A stretch of DNA of 64,000 bases from an uncultured delta proteobacterium (GCA_963845145.1 CAWJQU010000001.1:192001-256000), one strand, 5' to 3'; counted from the stretch's first letter, positions 10,996-20,043 are shown. The notes: generated by a model not told the origin, from the letters alone. Numbers and translations: made by a program.

Positions 10996-11955
10996 ATGAT
11001 TATCATGGAAGCACTTGTGCGATTGGGGATCAGCAGTTGTCTATTGGGAAACGCGGTTCGCTGGAACAGCGGTCACAAGCTGGATCGTTATTTAACCCAG
11101 ACATTGGGGCAGTTTGTAGAATATGTGCCGGTTTGCCCGGAAGTGGAAGCCGGTTTCGGTGTCCCCAGGGAATCGCTTCGACTGGTCGGCGATCCCGAAA
11201 AACCACGCCTGATCACATTCAAATCAAAAACGGATCTCACCGGCCGGATGGTGACCTGGGCCAACAAACGGGTCGAAGAACTGGCCAAAGAAGATCTGTG
11301 CGGGTTTATTTTCAAAAGTGATTCGCCCAGCAGTGGCATGGTTCGGGTAAAAGTGTACAATGAAAAAGGCATGCCCCACAAAGTCGGTGTCGGTATGTTT
11401 GCACGTGTCTTTATGAATCGTTTTCCGCTCATACCAGTTGAAGATGACGGACGTCTCAACAATCCCGCCATTCGTGAAAATTTTATTATCCAAGTCTTTA
11501 CCATGATGCGATGGCGTGCGATGGTTGCTAAAAAAAGGAGCGTGGGAAATCTGGTTGATTTTCATACCCGTAATAAACTTCTTTTTCTTTCGCAAAGCCA
11601 AAAAAATTATCGACAAATGGGTAAGTTAGTGGCTGATGGGAAGAAGATGCCGCTCAAGATATTATACGACCAGTACCAGATTTTGTTGATGGAAACCTTG
11701 CGATTGAAAGCCACCGTTAAAAAACATATCAATGTGCTGCAACATTTGATGGGCTACTTTAAAAAGCAGTTAACCCCAGACGAAAAGCAGGAGTTGCTGG
11801 AAGTATTCGACAATTATCGCCATCAACGCATCCCCCTGATTGTGCCCATCACCCTGGTTAACCACTATGTGCGCAAATACGAGCAAGCCTACCTTGCCCG
11901 GCAAACCTATCTCAATCCCCACCCCATTGAGCTCAAACTGCGTACACATGTATAA
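10996..11955 (+). CDS. DUF523-DUF1722 fusion (YbgA / RudS-like thiouridine desulfidase family)
   Basis: GISSCLLG, PVCPEVE, SPSSG, EDDGRLN, HLMGYFKK and QTYLNPHP motifs. Confidence 0.88.
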   Translation: MIIMEALVRLGISSCLLGNAVRWNSGHKLDRYLTQTLGQFVEYVPVCPEVEAGFGVPRESLRLVGDPEKPRLITFKSKTDLTGRMVTWANKRVEELAKEDLCGFIFKSDSPSSGMVRVKVYNEKGMPHKVGVGMFARVFMNRFPLIPVEDDGRLNNPAIRENFIIQVFTMMRWRAMVAKKRSVGNLVDFHTRNKLLFLSQSQKNYRQMGKLVADGKKMPLKILYDQYQILLMETLRLKATVKKHINVLQHLMGYFKKQLTPDEKQELLEVFDNYRHQRIPLIVPITLVNHYVRKYEQAYLARQTYLNPHPIELKLRTHV

Positions 11956-11970
11956 TTCGATCATTTGCGC

Positions 11971-12142
11971 TAAGGGTTCGTGTAAAAATAAGTTCACAAT
12001 TTTAGGTGTTGAGGCGCCCGCCTGGCAAGGCGTGAAAGTGCAGGAATATCGAGATATTCCGAGCTTTCACAACGCCGCCAGACGGGATGCATCGAGATGC
12101 ATCGGCGCTTAAAATGTGAAATTATTTTTGCGCGAGCCCTGA
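11971..12142. repeat. About 170-bp nested palindromic intergenic element (MITE/REP-like long hairpin)
   Basis: Left arm AGGGTTCGTGTAAAAATAAGTTCACAATTTTAGG pairs with right arm CTTAAAATGTGAAATTATTTTTGCGCGAGCCCT; inner stems CTGGC/GCCAG, GTGAAAG/CTTTCAC and GGAATATC/GATATTCC. Confidence 0.75.
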
Positions 12143-12339
12143 GTCATGGTCACGTTTTTAACAATCAATGTGTATTCCGTCCGAAAAAGCCATCTTCACT
12201 TGCACAAAAAGAGTCCCCTATTGTCGACTGATAGTAAATAGCCCTCATTTTGCCCTAAATCATTACTGATTGACCGCTCGTCATTCATGCCTAACTTATG
12301 GTTCAACAAAGAATAAACCCAACAATAAGGAGACGAAAA

Positions 12340-12477
12340 ATGACTGACACAAATAATTATATTGAATCCGACAAAGAGAAAGAAGAAGGTCACGTGGACA
12401 CCCGTGAGCGTAACTTTGAATGCGAAAACAAAGACCCGCATCTGGGATGTGATATGGGCATTGACGTGGCTGGGTGA
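12340..12477 (+). CDS. Unannotated 45-aa acidic peptide MTDTNNYIESDKEKEEGHVDTRERNFECENKDPHLGCDMGIDVAG
   Basis: Strong TAAGGAG RBS just upstream of ATG 12340 and its own downstream terminator; below the ORF-track length cut-off. Confidence 0.7.
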   Translation: MTDTNNYIESDKEKEEGHVDTRERNFECENKDPHLGCDMGIDVAG

Positions 12478-12540
12478 TCAATCCACGAGGGCACACCAGG
12501 GCCAGCGCCAGGGACGGTTTATTGATAGTAGCACGAAGAC

Positions 12541-12573
12541 AGGGCAGGCTCTTAAATAGGGCCTGCCCTTTTT
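12541..12573 (+). terminator. Intrinsic terminator
   Basis: AGGGCAGGCTCT-TAAAT-AGGGCCTGCCCT followed by a T run. Confidence 0.85.
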
Positions 12574-12704
12574 ATACGGCCTCTTTTCAATAGAGCTTTA
12601 TTCATAACCGTTGGGCATACAGCGTATCCCTTACCCATTGCATGACAAGCCATGCCATGTAATAAGGACAATGGATGACATGCGCTTTAAAAGGTACTTT
12701 CTCA

Positions 12705-14255
12705 ATGAAATCCAAACCCATACTCGTTACCGGGGCGACCGGTTATGTGGGCGGAAGACTCATTCCCGCGCTGCTAAAAGCCGGATATCATGTACGCGCG
12801 CTGGCTCGAAATCTTGAAAAGGCCAGCTGCCGGCCATGGGCTCATCATGAGCGCGTTGAATTGGTCGCCGGGGATGTGCTTGATCTTCAAGCCTTAACCC
12901 AAGCCGCCAAGAATTGCCAAGCCACCTATTATCTTGTCCATTCCATGATCGCCCAAAAAGAAAATTATGTTGAGGCGGATCGTCAGGGAGCGATAAACAT
13001 GGCTTCGGCGGCCGCAAGCGCCGGTGTGGGACGGATCATTTATCTTGGGGGGTTGGCTGAAACTAAAGGTGGGGCGCTGAGCAAGCATTTAAAATCCCGC
13101 ATCGAAGTCGCGGACATTCTCCAGGCCGGACAGGTTCCCACCACGGTGTTGCGGACACCCGTGATTCTGGGATCCGGAAGTGCTTCATTTGAAATGATGC
13201 GCTATCTGGTGGAACGGTTGCCCATCATGACCACACCCCGCTGGGTCCATTCCATGAACCAGCCCATCGCCATCCGTAACGTCATCACCTATCTCGTCGG
13301 GTGTCTCAAATTCGAGGAGACCACAGGGCAGACCTACGACATCGGCGGTCCGGATATTCTAAGCTATAGGGACCTGCTCGATATTTACGCTGAAGAGGCC
13401 GGTTTGCCCAAACGACTGATTATACCGCTACCGGTGCTGACGCCAACTTTAAGCGCCCTATGGATTCACTTGATCAGTCCGGTACCTAAATCTATTGCCC
13501 TGCCACTAACCCAAGGGCTGACCAGCCATGCGGTTTGCACTGAAAACCGGATTCAAGCCATCATCCCGCAACAGTTGCTGACCAGCCGAGAAACGATTCG
13601 CCTGGCTTTAAATCGCCTCCGGCAGGAACAGGTGGATACCTGCTGGATGGATGCCGGTGAACTGTTGGTGCCGGAATGGGCCCATTGCGGAGATGCCCAA
13701 TGGGCCGGCGGTACGATTATGAATTGTGGCTATCGAATCCGCTTGCGTGCCTCCTCAGAGGAAATCTGGCGGCCCATTAGTCGTATCGGTGGAAAAACAG
13801 GCTGGTATTTTGGCAATTCCCTTTGGCGGCTGCGGGGGCTTATCGATCGCCTTGCGGGCGGGGTGGGCTTGAGAAGGGGACGCCGGCATTCAACGGATAT
13901 CGGTGTCGGCGATGCATTGGATTTTTGGCGGGTTTTGGATGTGGATGCGCCTCATAGATTGTTGCTGGTTGCAGAAATGAAAACCCCGGGAGAGGCGTTG
14001 CTTGAATTTAAGATCACCCCTCAAGCGGACGGCATGGCGGAACTTAGCATGCTTTCCCGCTTTTTGCCCAAAGGGCTGTTCGGTATTATTTACTGGTATG
14101 TGCTCTACCCTTTCCACCAATTGATATTTCACGGCATGCTGCAATCCATTGCGAAATATATCGATTCAACCGCATCGATGCCCGAACGTTTTACCCCCAA
14201 ACTCCCCACCACATGTATATTACCGAAAAAAACCGATCATAATATTAGCCGGTGA
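12705..14255 (+). CDS. NAD(P)-binding SDR-family protein with C-terminal DUF2867 (YbjT-like)
   Basis: ILVTGATGYVGGRL Rossmann motif, YYLVHSM, and C-terminal GDALDFWRV...AEMKTPGEALLEF. Start set at MKSKP. Confidence 0.88.
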   Translation: MKSKPILVTGATGYVGGRLIPALLKAGYHVRALARNLEKASCRPWAHHERVELVAGDVLDLQALTQAAKNCQATYYLVHSMIAQKENYVEADRQGAINMASAAASAGVGRIIYLGGLAETKGGALSKHLKSRIEVADILQAGQVPTTVLRTPVILGSGSASFEMMRYLVERLPIMTTPRWVHSMNQPIAIRNVITYLVGCLKFEETTGQTYDIGGPDILSYRDLLDIYAEEAGLPKRLIIPLPVLTPTLSALWIHLISPVPKSIALPLTQGLTSHAVCTENRIQAIIPQQLLTSRETIRLALNRLRQEQVDTCWMDAGELLVPEWAHCGDAQWAGGTIMNCGYRIRLRASSEEIWRPISRIGGKTGWYFGNSLWRLRGLIDRLAGGVGLRRGRRHSTDIGVGDALDFWRVLDVDAPHRLLLVAEMKTPGEALLEFKITPQADGMAELSMLSRFLPKGLFGIIYWYVLYPFHQLIFHGMLQSIAKYIDSTASMPERFTPKLPTTCILPKKTDHNISR

Positions 14256-14258
14256 TAT

Positions 14259-14373
14259 TTGCCCCTATATGAACGCTTGGCCTCGTCAAAGCCCTATCCG
14301 CGGCAGGGCAATGGTTTGTAGGGGCAATCGCAAATAATAACCATGCTTGATGGATTTTTACTTGCGATTGCCC
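14259..14373. repeat. GTAG-type REP-like palindromes
   Basis: GTAGGGGCAATCGCAA...TTGCGATTGCCC hairpin, plus an upstream TTGCCCCTA complementary to TAGGGGCAA. Confidence 0.5.
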
Positions 14374-14519
14374 GAGTATCCCCAGGATCCAGACTTGTCT
14401 AACCCTTAACAATACGGTACACAAACCATCAGCATAACAGATAGGAAAAACGCCCTGTTTTCCAGTGTGAACGGCATCGGCAATTAATAAAGATCATATC
14501 GGGAGGTCGAAGTATCGCC

Positions 14520-16019
14520 ATGAAGAAAGTCTATTCGCTTTTGTGTGTAAGTCTGTTTTTTTTGATCGCCGTTACCGTATCAGCAGAGGAGATGCCCTTA
14601 AGTGAGGCAACCTCGGCATGTATCGAGTGTCATGCAATGGTTCACCCCGGCATTGTTGAAGATTGGCAAAAAAGCCGGCACGCAAAAATCACACCCAAAA
14701 CGGCTATGGGCGTAGAGGGCCTGGCCCGCAAGGTATCCAGTAAAGATATCGCCGATAATCTAAAAGAGACCGTCGTCGGCTGTGCCGAATGCCACACCCA
14801 GAGACCCGGAGCCCATGCTGATACTTTTGAACACAATGGATATGATATTCATATCGCTGTCAGCCCCAAGGACTGCGCCACTTGTCACACCGAGGAGACA
14901 TCCCAATACGGCAAAAACATCATGGCCCACGCTTATGACAATCTGGCCGAAAACGAATTATATCAAAAACTTCAGCTCAGTATCATCGGTACCAAAAAAA
15001 GGGTTGAAGGCCAAATCACTTATACACCGGCCAACGATTCCACCAAGGCTGAAGCCTGCTATTATTGTCACGGCACCCGGCTCAAAGTGGTCGGAAAAGA
15101 GACCCGTGACACAGAACTGGCAGGAGAGCTGGAATTTCCCATCATCGAAGGTTGGCCCAACCAAGGCGTCGGTCGCATCAATCTGGATGGTAGCCTGGGC
15201 TCATGTTCATCCTGTCATGCCCGCCATACATTCTCAATTGAAATGGCACGCAAACCCCAGGCATGTAAAGAGTGCCACGTCGGTCCCGACGTGCCGGCAT
15301 TCAAAGTATATGCGGCCAGCAAACACGGCAATATCTATTCAACGATGAATAAATCCTGGGATTTTAATGCGGTTCCCTGGACCATCGGCAAAGACTTTAC
15401 TGCGCCCACGTGTGCGACATGCCACATGAGCCTTTTAGCGAATGGTGATGGCGAGGCAGTCTCCCCAAGGTCCCATCAGATGAGCGATCGGCTACCCTGG
15501 CGGCTGTTCGGCCTGGTCTATGCCCACCCTCACCCCCAAGCCCCTGATACAACCATCATTCGAAACAAGGAGGGCCAACCGCTGCCCACCAGCCTGGACG
15601 GAAAAGTTGCCGATGATTATTTAATCGATGAGAAAGAGCGCAATACCCGCCGTCAGGCCATGCAGGCCGCCTGCTTAAGCTGCCATGGCACATCCTGGGT
15701 AAATGGGCATTGGAAACGCCTGGAGAATACCATTGAACGAACCAATGCCGACGTACTCATTGCGACAAATATCATTGAAGAGGTCTGGCAAGACGGCTTT
15801 GCCGACGGCAAGTCCAGTCCTTTTGATGAAGGTATCGAAAAAAAGTGGACGGATATCTGGCAGTTTTACGCCAACACCATTCGCTTTGCTTCGGCCATGG
15901 GGGGGGGGGGTGATTATGAAGTCTATGCCGATGGGAACTACCACCTTACCAAGTCCTTGCTGGAGATGAATGACTGGCTAAACCATCAGCGGATGTCATC
16001 TTCCAAGGATAAAAAATAA
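14520..16019 (+). CDS. Periplasmic octaheme cytochrome c, hydroxylamine oxidoreductase (HAO)-like family
   Basis: Signal peptide; eight CxxCH motifs (CIECH, CAECH, CATCH, CYYCH, CSSCH, CKECH, CATCH, CLSCH); WPNQGVGRINLDGSLGSC and SKHG motifs; GGAGG RBS. Confidence 0.88.
   Translation: MKKVYSLLCVSLFFLIAVTVSAEEMPLSEATSACIECHAMVHPGIVEDWQKSRHAKITPKTAMGVEGLARKVSSKDIADNLKETVVGCAECHTQRPGAHADTFEHNGYDIHIAVSPKDCATCHTEETSQYGKNIMAHAYDNLAENELYQKLQLSIIGTKKRVEGQITYTPANDSTKAEACYYCHGTRLKVVGKETRDTELAGELEFPIIEGWPNQGVGRINLDGSLGSCSSCHARHTFSIEMARKPQACKECHVGPDVPAFKVYAASKHGNIYSTMNKSWDFNAVPWTIGKDFTAPTCATCHMSLLANGDGEAVSPRSHQMSDRLPWRLFGLVYAHPHPQAPDTTIIRNKEGQPLPTSLDGKVADDYLIDEKERNTRRQAMQAACLSCHGTSWVNGHWKRLENTIERTNADVLIATNIIEEVWQDGFADGKSSPFDEGIEKKWTDIWQFYANTIRFASAMGGGGDYEVYADGNYHLTKSLLEMNDWLNHQRMSSSKDKK
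15902..16000 (+). repeat. 99-bp exact direct repeat, copy 1 (3' end of the octaheme cytochrome gene)
   Basis: Identical base for base to 24782-24880. Confidence 0.97.
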
Positions 16020-16115
16020 TCCTTCTGCTTCTTCGATGCGATTGACGGTAGAACGGTTATTCAGGTGAAATGACACCTTACATCTCTTTTCAATACATAC
16101 CTTGCTACCTTAAAA

Positions 16116-17525
16116 ATGACGATTCAGGCAGCACGCATACAAACTTTAAATGATAAACGTATCCGCTCCGGGCGATACGTTCTCTATTGGATGCAGCAAT
16201 CCCAGAGGGCCTTCTACAATCATGCGCTGACATATGCCACCATCCAGGCAAATCAGCTAAACCAGGCTTTGTTAGTCGTTTTTGGCCTTTCTGATGACTA
16301 CCCTGAAGCCAACCTGCGTCATTATACATTCATGTTGGAGGGATTGCGCGAAACCCAGGCAACATTAGCTGAAAAAAGCATCAGAATGGTGGTACAACGA
16401 GGCGCACCGGCCGAAGTGGCCATCAAACTCGGCCGCAAAGCATCACTCATTGTGTGCGACCGGGGGTACCTTAAACATCAGAGAGCATGGCGTAAAACCG
16501 TTGCCAAGAATTCCGGGTGTCAGGTGATTCAAGTCGAAAGCGATGTGGTGGTACCCATCGAAGTCGTGTCAAATAAAGCCGAGTATGCCGCCCGTACCAT
16601 CCGCCCTAAAATCCATAAGCATTTAGAAGAATACCTTGTCGGTCTCAAGTCGGTGGAGGTCCAAACATCGTCGATGGGGATTCAAATCGCCAGTATCGAC
16701 CTCACAAATCCAAAAACCGTTTTAAAGTCAATGCCATTAGACCGACAGATAATGCCGGTAAGCCATGTGTTCAAAGGGGGTACCTCCCGGGCCCAAAGCC
16801 TGTTTGACGATTTTTTGCAAAGGCGGCTTTCCGTTTATCCGCAAAACGGCAATCAACCGCAAACCGATGATATCTCACACATGAGCCCCTACTTGCACTT
16901 CGGGCAGGTTTCATCACTGTACTTGGCGCTAATGGTTTCCAAGACATCCAAGAGACAGATAAAGGCCCAGGCCGCGTACATCGAGCAACTCATCGTGCGA
17001 CGTGAACTGGCCATGAACTTCGCCAATTACGCGCCTAATTATGATAGTTATCAGGGGCTGCCCAATTGGGCGGCAAAAACCCTAGACGATCATAAAAAAG
17101 ACAAACGTCAATGGCTCTATTCACGGCGACAGCTGGAAAATGCAAATACCCATGACGATTACTGGAACGCGTCGATGCGGGAAATGAAAGCCACCGGATT
17201 TATGCATAACTACATGCGCATGTACTGGGGCAAAAAAATTCTGGAGTGGTCTACAACACCTCAGCAGGCCTTTAAGACCATCCTTTCCATTAATAACAAA
17301 TATTTTCTCGATGGCCGGGATGCCAACTCATACGCCGGCGTCGCCTGGATCTTCGGTGTTCACGACCGCGCTTGGGCCGAACGGGACATATTTGGAAAAG
17401 TGCGGTATATGGCCGCATCCGGGTTGGAAAGAAAATGTGATATTCAGGCATATATCCAGAAGGTTAACCATTTGACATCTCAATTCGAAACCATAATGGA
17501 CAGACACAAAACGAAAAAAACCTGA
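16116..17525 (+). CDS. phr: Class II CPD DNA photolyase
   Basis: VLYWMQQSQR, SHMSPYLHFGQVS, GFMHNYMRMYWGKKILEW and DGRDANSYAG class II signatures. Confidence 0.93.
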   Translation: MTIQAARIQTLNDKRIRSGRYVLYWMQQSQRAFYNHALTYATIQANQLNQALLVVFGLSDDYPEANLRHYTFMLEGLRETQATLAEKSIRMVVQRGAPAEVAIKLGRKASLIVCDRGYLKHQRAWRKTVAKNSGCQVIQVESDVVVPIEVVSNKAEYAARTIRPKIHKHLEEYLVGLKSVEVQTSSMGIQIASIDLTNPKTVLKSMPLDRQIMPVSHVFKGGTSRAQSLFDDFLQRRLSVYPQNGNQPQTDDISHMSPYLHFGQVSSLYLALMVSKTSKRQIKAQAAYIEQLIVRRELAMNFANYAPNYDSYQGLPNWAAKTLDDHKKDKRQWLYSRRQLENANTHDDYWNASMREMKATGFMHNYMRMYWGKKILEWSTTPQQAFKTILSINNKYFLDGRDANSYAGVAWIFGVHDRAWAERDIFGKVRYMAASGLERKCDIQAYIQKVNHLTSQFETIMDRHKTKKT

Positions 17526-17550
17526 TGTAACAAATGGACCGGAGTCATCC

Positions 17551-17896
17551 ATGGCACCCAAACAGAAACAAGGGGAATATTGGCATGATTTGAAACTGAG
17601 TTTTTTGCGCTGGTTCGATGCCGACGTAGCCGCAGAGGAAATCGACACCCAGGGAGAAAAAAGGCTTTCAATGCCATCGAGTCCTACCGACTCGATAGCG
17701 ATGATACCGTAATAACCACCGTTTTAATAAAGGCAGCTTAGATGGCCCGCTCAAAACGTACACTTTCCGAGGATTTGTTCAGGATAAAACTTCCATGGCT
17801 GTTTGGGGCATGCAATTCATCTGGCCGTTTCGGGCTGAGTTCCAAATCATCTATTTAAACGAGGACTACTCTCAAACAGTCATAGGCCGCGCTAAA
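17551..17896 (+). pseudogene. Deletion relic: possible acyl-CoA desaturase N-terminus joined to a frameshifted internal lipocalin fragment
   Basis: GGAG RBS then MAPKQ...SFLRWFDAD; then AFNAIESYRLDSDDTVITT and, in another frame, FNKGSLDGPLKTY...WGMQFIWPFRAEFQIIYLNEDYSQTVIGR (Blc-like, both ends missing). Confidence 0.65.
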
Positions 17897-17949
17897 GCGA
17901 CAGCTAAACTCGGTAAGAATCGTGTTTGGAATAAAAAGCCATTTTTTTA

Positions 17950-18354
17950 TCAAACCAACCATTTAGAGACGGCAAAGCTCAAAATAGAGACCAAGGCACA
18001 AAGACACACGCCCCAAAGGATATCAACCACAACAATCATAATGGGCCAATTTTTAATCGTAGCCAGATTGGTCAAATCATAGGTTGCATAGGTAAAAAAT
18101 CCAAATAAAGCCCCCCACAAAAAAGCCTCCCCCCAGGAATCAGCTTTAATTGCCGGACGCACTGCAAATAGAAGAATTCCGGCAATGTAAATTAAATAAA
18201 AAATGATAGCCGCCGTCCAATTGACCTGGGGGCTTAAAAGATGACCTAGTTTGTCGCGATACAATCTTTTGGCGATAACACCCAACCAGAGGATATCAAT
18301 GATAAAGAAGATGGGGATCGTTAAAGCATATAGTTTTAGATAGAAATAGGTCAT
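17950..18354 (-). CDS. DUF2177 family membrane protein
   Basis: IDILWLG, YATYDLTNLATIKNWP and VDILWG motifs. Confidence 0.88.
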   Translation of the reverse strand: MTYFYLKLYALTIPIFFIIDILWLGVIAKRLYRDKLGHLLSPQVNWTAAIIFYLIYIAGILLFAVRPAIKADSWGEAFLWGALFGFFTYATYDLTNLATIKNWPIMIVVVDILWGVCLCALVSILSFAVSKWLV

Positions 18355-18512
18355 CAATCGCAAGGGGAGGTTTATCTTTTTTTATCACTATATCGGATCA
18401 TATGACTGGCTATCGCGCTGTTTTTCCATCATATTCTGTTACTCTAACTAGTGAATAAAATGATATCCCAACCCTTCCTTCCTGATCGTTTGATGTTTTT
18501 TATGAAGAATAT

Positions 18513-19322
18513 TCAAAGAAGTTTTTTACTTCTTAATGCATGAATCGCTAAAAAAGTGTTCCATTCAGGTTCAGTTTGACTCCATGTTCCATCACTATTT
18601 TGATTATCGTATAACCATTGAAGGGCCGGTTCAAGTTGTTTATCAGCCTGGGTTAGTTTTAAATGTGCAAGCGCATTCAGGGTCTGATAAAAGGGCAAAT
18701 GGATTCCCCAACTGCCGGCACTACTCTGGAGGTTGGCAAGAAATTCCACCGCTAAGACAGTGGCCCTACAAGTTGAATAATTGGGATGCACCACCATCGC
18801 ACGAAAAATATTATGTGAAGAGGCCTGATCACCCCAATGTCCCCTGTTTTTCTCCCCTATAGCACTTAACCATCGGTATTTAGCCAGGACGGTCTGATTC
18901 TTATCACGACCAAATATACTGGCCAAAAACAAAGCCGCAGCGGCAAGAAACATAACGGGTTGACTTGAGACAAATGGCAATCCCACTAAGGTTGCCTCAG
19001 GGGAAACAGGCCCTCCAAGTAAGTCTTTCTCATTTGTCTGAAGGTTAGTCCTGCTTAAAAGCCAGTCCAGAGCGGCATCTATTCGTGGCTCGCATGATCG
19101 CGCAGTCAGATGTAGGCCAAAAAGATGTTCGATCGTAGCCAATATCGATTGCTGCCAGGACCCATCAGGAAGCTGTTCCGCCATAAGTGAAGATACCGTT
19201 TCATCAAAATCCAATTGCCATTGGTCCGTTTTAGCCTCATCGAGCCACTTTTGCCGGGCATAAAGGCCTACTGGCGTTTTGCTGGAGCGAAATATTCGAT
19301 ACGGATTGTATGAAAGCTTCAT
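18513..19322 (-). CDS. Hypothetical protein with prenyltransferase/squalene-cyclase-like QW repeats
   Basis: QLPDGSW, QSSAGSW and QNSDGTW repeats; no DxDD motif seen. Confidence 0.6.
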   Translation of the reverse strand: MKLSYNPYRIFRSSKTPVGLYARQKWLDEAKTDQWQLDFDETVSSLMAEQLPDGSWQQSILATIEHLFGLHLTARSCEPRIDAALDWLLSRTNLQTNEKDLLGGPVSPEATLVGLPFVSSQPVMFLAAAALFLASIFGRDKNQTVLAKYRWLSAIGEKNRGHWGDQASSHNIFRAMVVHPNYSTCRATVLAVEFLANLQSSAGSWGIHLPFYQTLNALAHLKLTQADKQLEPALQWLYDNQNSDGTWSQTEPEWNTFLAIHALRSKKLL

Positions 19323-19363
19323 TTGTAACGATCTGGATCGACCACTTTGGAAAACTCAAATAT

Positions 19364-19397
19364 AGAGCGCGGATACATCGATATCCGCGCGCTTTTA
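19364..19397. terminator. Hairpin, probable terminator downstream of the 103-aa gene
   Basis: GCGCGGATA-CATCGA-TATCCGCGC with flanking A/T runs. Confidence 0.55.
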
Positions 19398-19439
19398 TTG
19401 GCATTTCCGATAGATGTAAATGGTAACCTATTTCAAAGG

Positions 19440-19751
19440 TTAGCCTGGAATGGAAACCGGAGAGGCGCCACCGATATACTCCATCGTCTCTTCGTACTTC
19501 CCTCTCATGTCAATGGTACCCCCTTCGATCTCCTCCTTAATGGGACTCCAATCTGAAGGGCACTCGGTTTTCAATGTTCCTACCCGATCGGACATCTCCT
19601 CAAGCAGCATATGAAGATCTTCGATATTGGGCAATACCTTCTCTTTTTCGGCTGAACCCAGAGTATCGACTTTTCGCATGACGTCATAGAGCTTGGCCTT
19701 CCAGGCAGTCATCTCAGTTTCCAAGCCCTTACAATAATCTTGTACGTCCAT
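19440..19751 (-). CDS. Hypothetical acidic helical protein, 103 aa
   Basis: AAAGGAG RBS and coiled-coil-like sequence; function not recognised. Confidence 0.75.
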   Translation of the reverse strand: MDVQDYCKGLETEMTAWKAKLYDVMRKVDTLGSAEKEKVLPNIEDLHMLLEEMSDRVGTLKTECPSDWSPIKEEIEGGTIDMRGKYEETMEYIGGASPVSIPG

Positions 19752-19806
19752 GATAATCTCCTTTCGAATTATGGTTTAAGTAACTATTAGGGCAATACAC
19801 AGGGCA

Positions 19807-20043
19807 CTACATACCTCCAACGGCCGGAGATAAGCCTACCCGATCTCCGTCGGTAAGGACACTTTCAAATCCCACTTTTCGGCTATTTACAAAAGCGATC
19901 TTAACAGCCTTTGGAACCATTCCCGCAGATTGAACGAGATCTTTGACTGTTTGGCCAGGGGCCATGTCGTAAACCGTAGCTTCTTTAAAATTACACGTCC
20001 CTGGACCAACAAGCGTTGAGAAACATTTCAAATAAACTTTCAT
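19807..20043 (-). CDS. MoaD/ThiS-family ubiquitin-like protein ending GGM
   Basis: IAFVNSRKV...LTDGDRVGLSPAVGGM beta-grasp pattern; AGGAG RBS. Confidence 0.8.
   Translation of the reverse strand: MKVYLKCFSTLVGPGTCNFKEATVYDMAPGQTVKDLVQSAGMVPKAVKIAFVNSRKVGFESVLTDGDRVGLSPAVGGM

Noticed and set aside
12475..12530. Selenocysteine read-through of the TGA ending the 45-aa peptide
   Set aside because: The frame stays open for 15 more codons, but I see no convincing SECIS hairpin and no redox-motif context.
17795..18082. 95-aa ORF as an intact gene
   Set aside because: Only the first ~34 codons are lipocalin-like; the rest is antisense to DUF2177.
18513..19322. Squalene-hopene cyclase
   Set aside because: Only 269 aa and no DxDD catalytic motif; only the QW-like repeats are shared.
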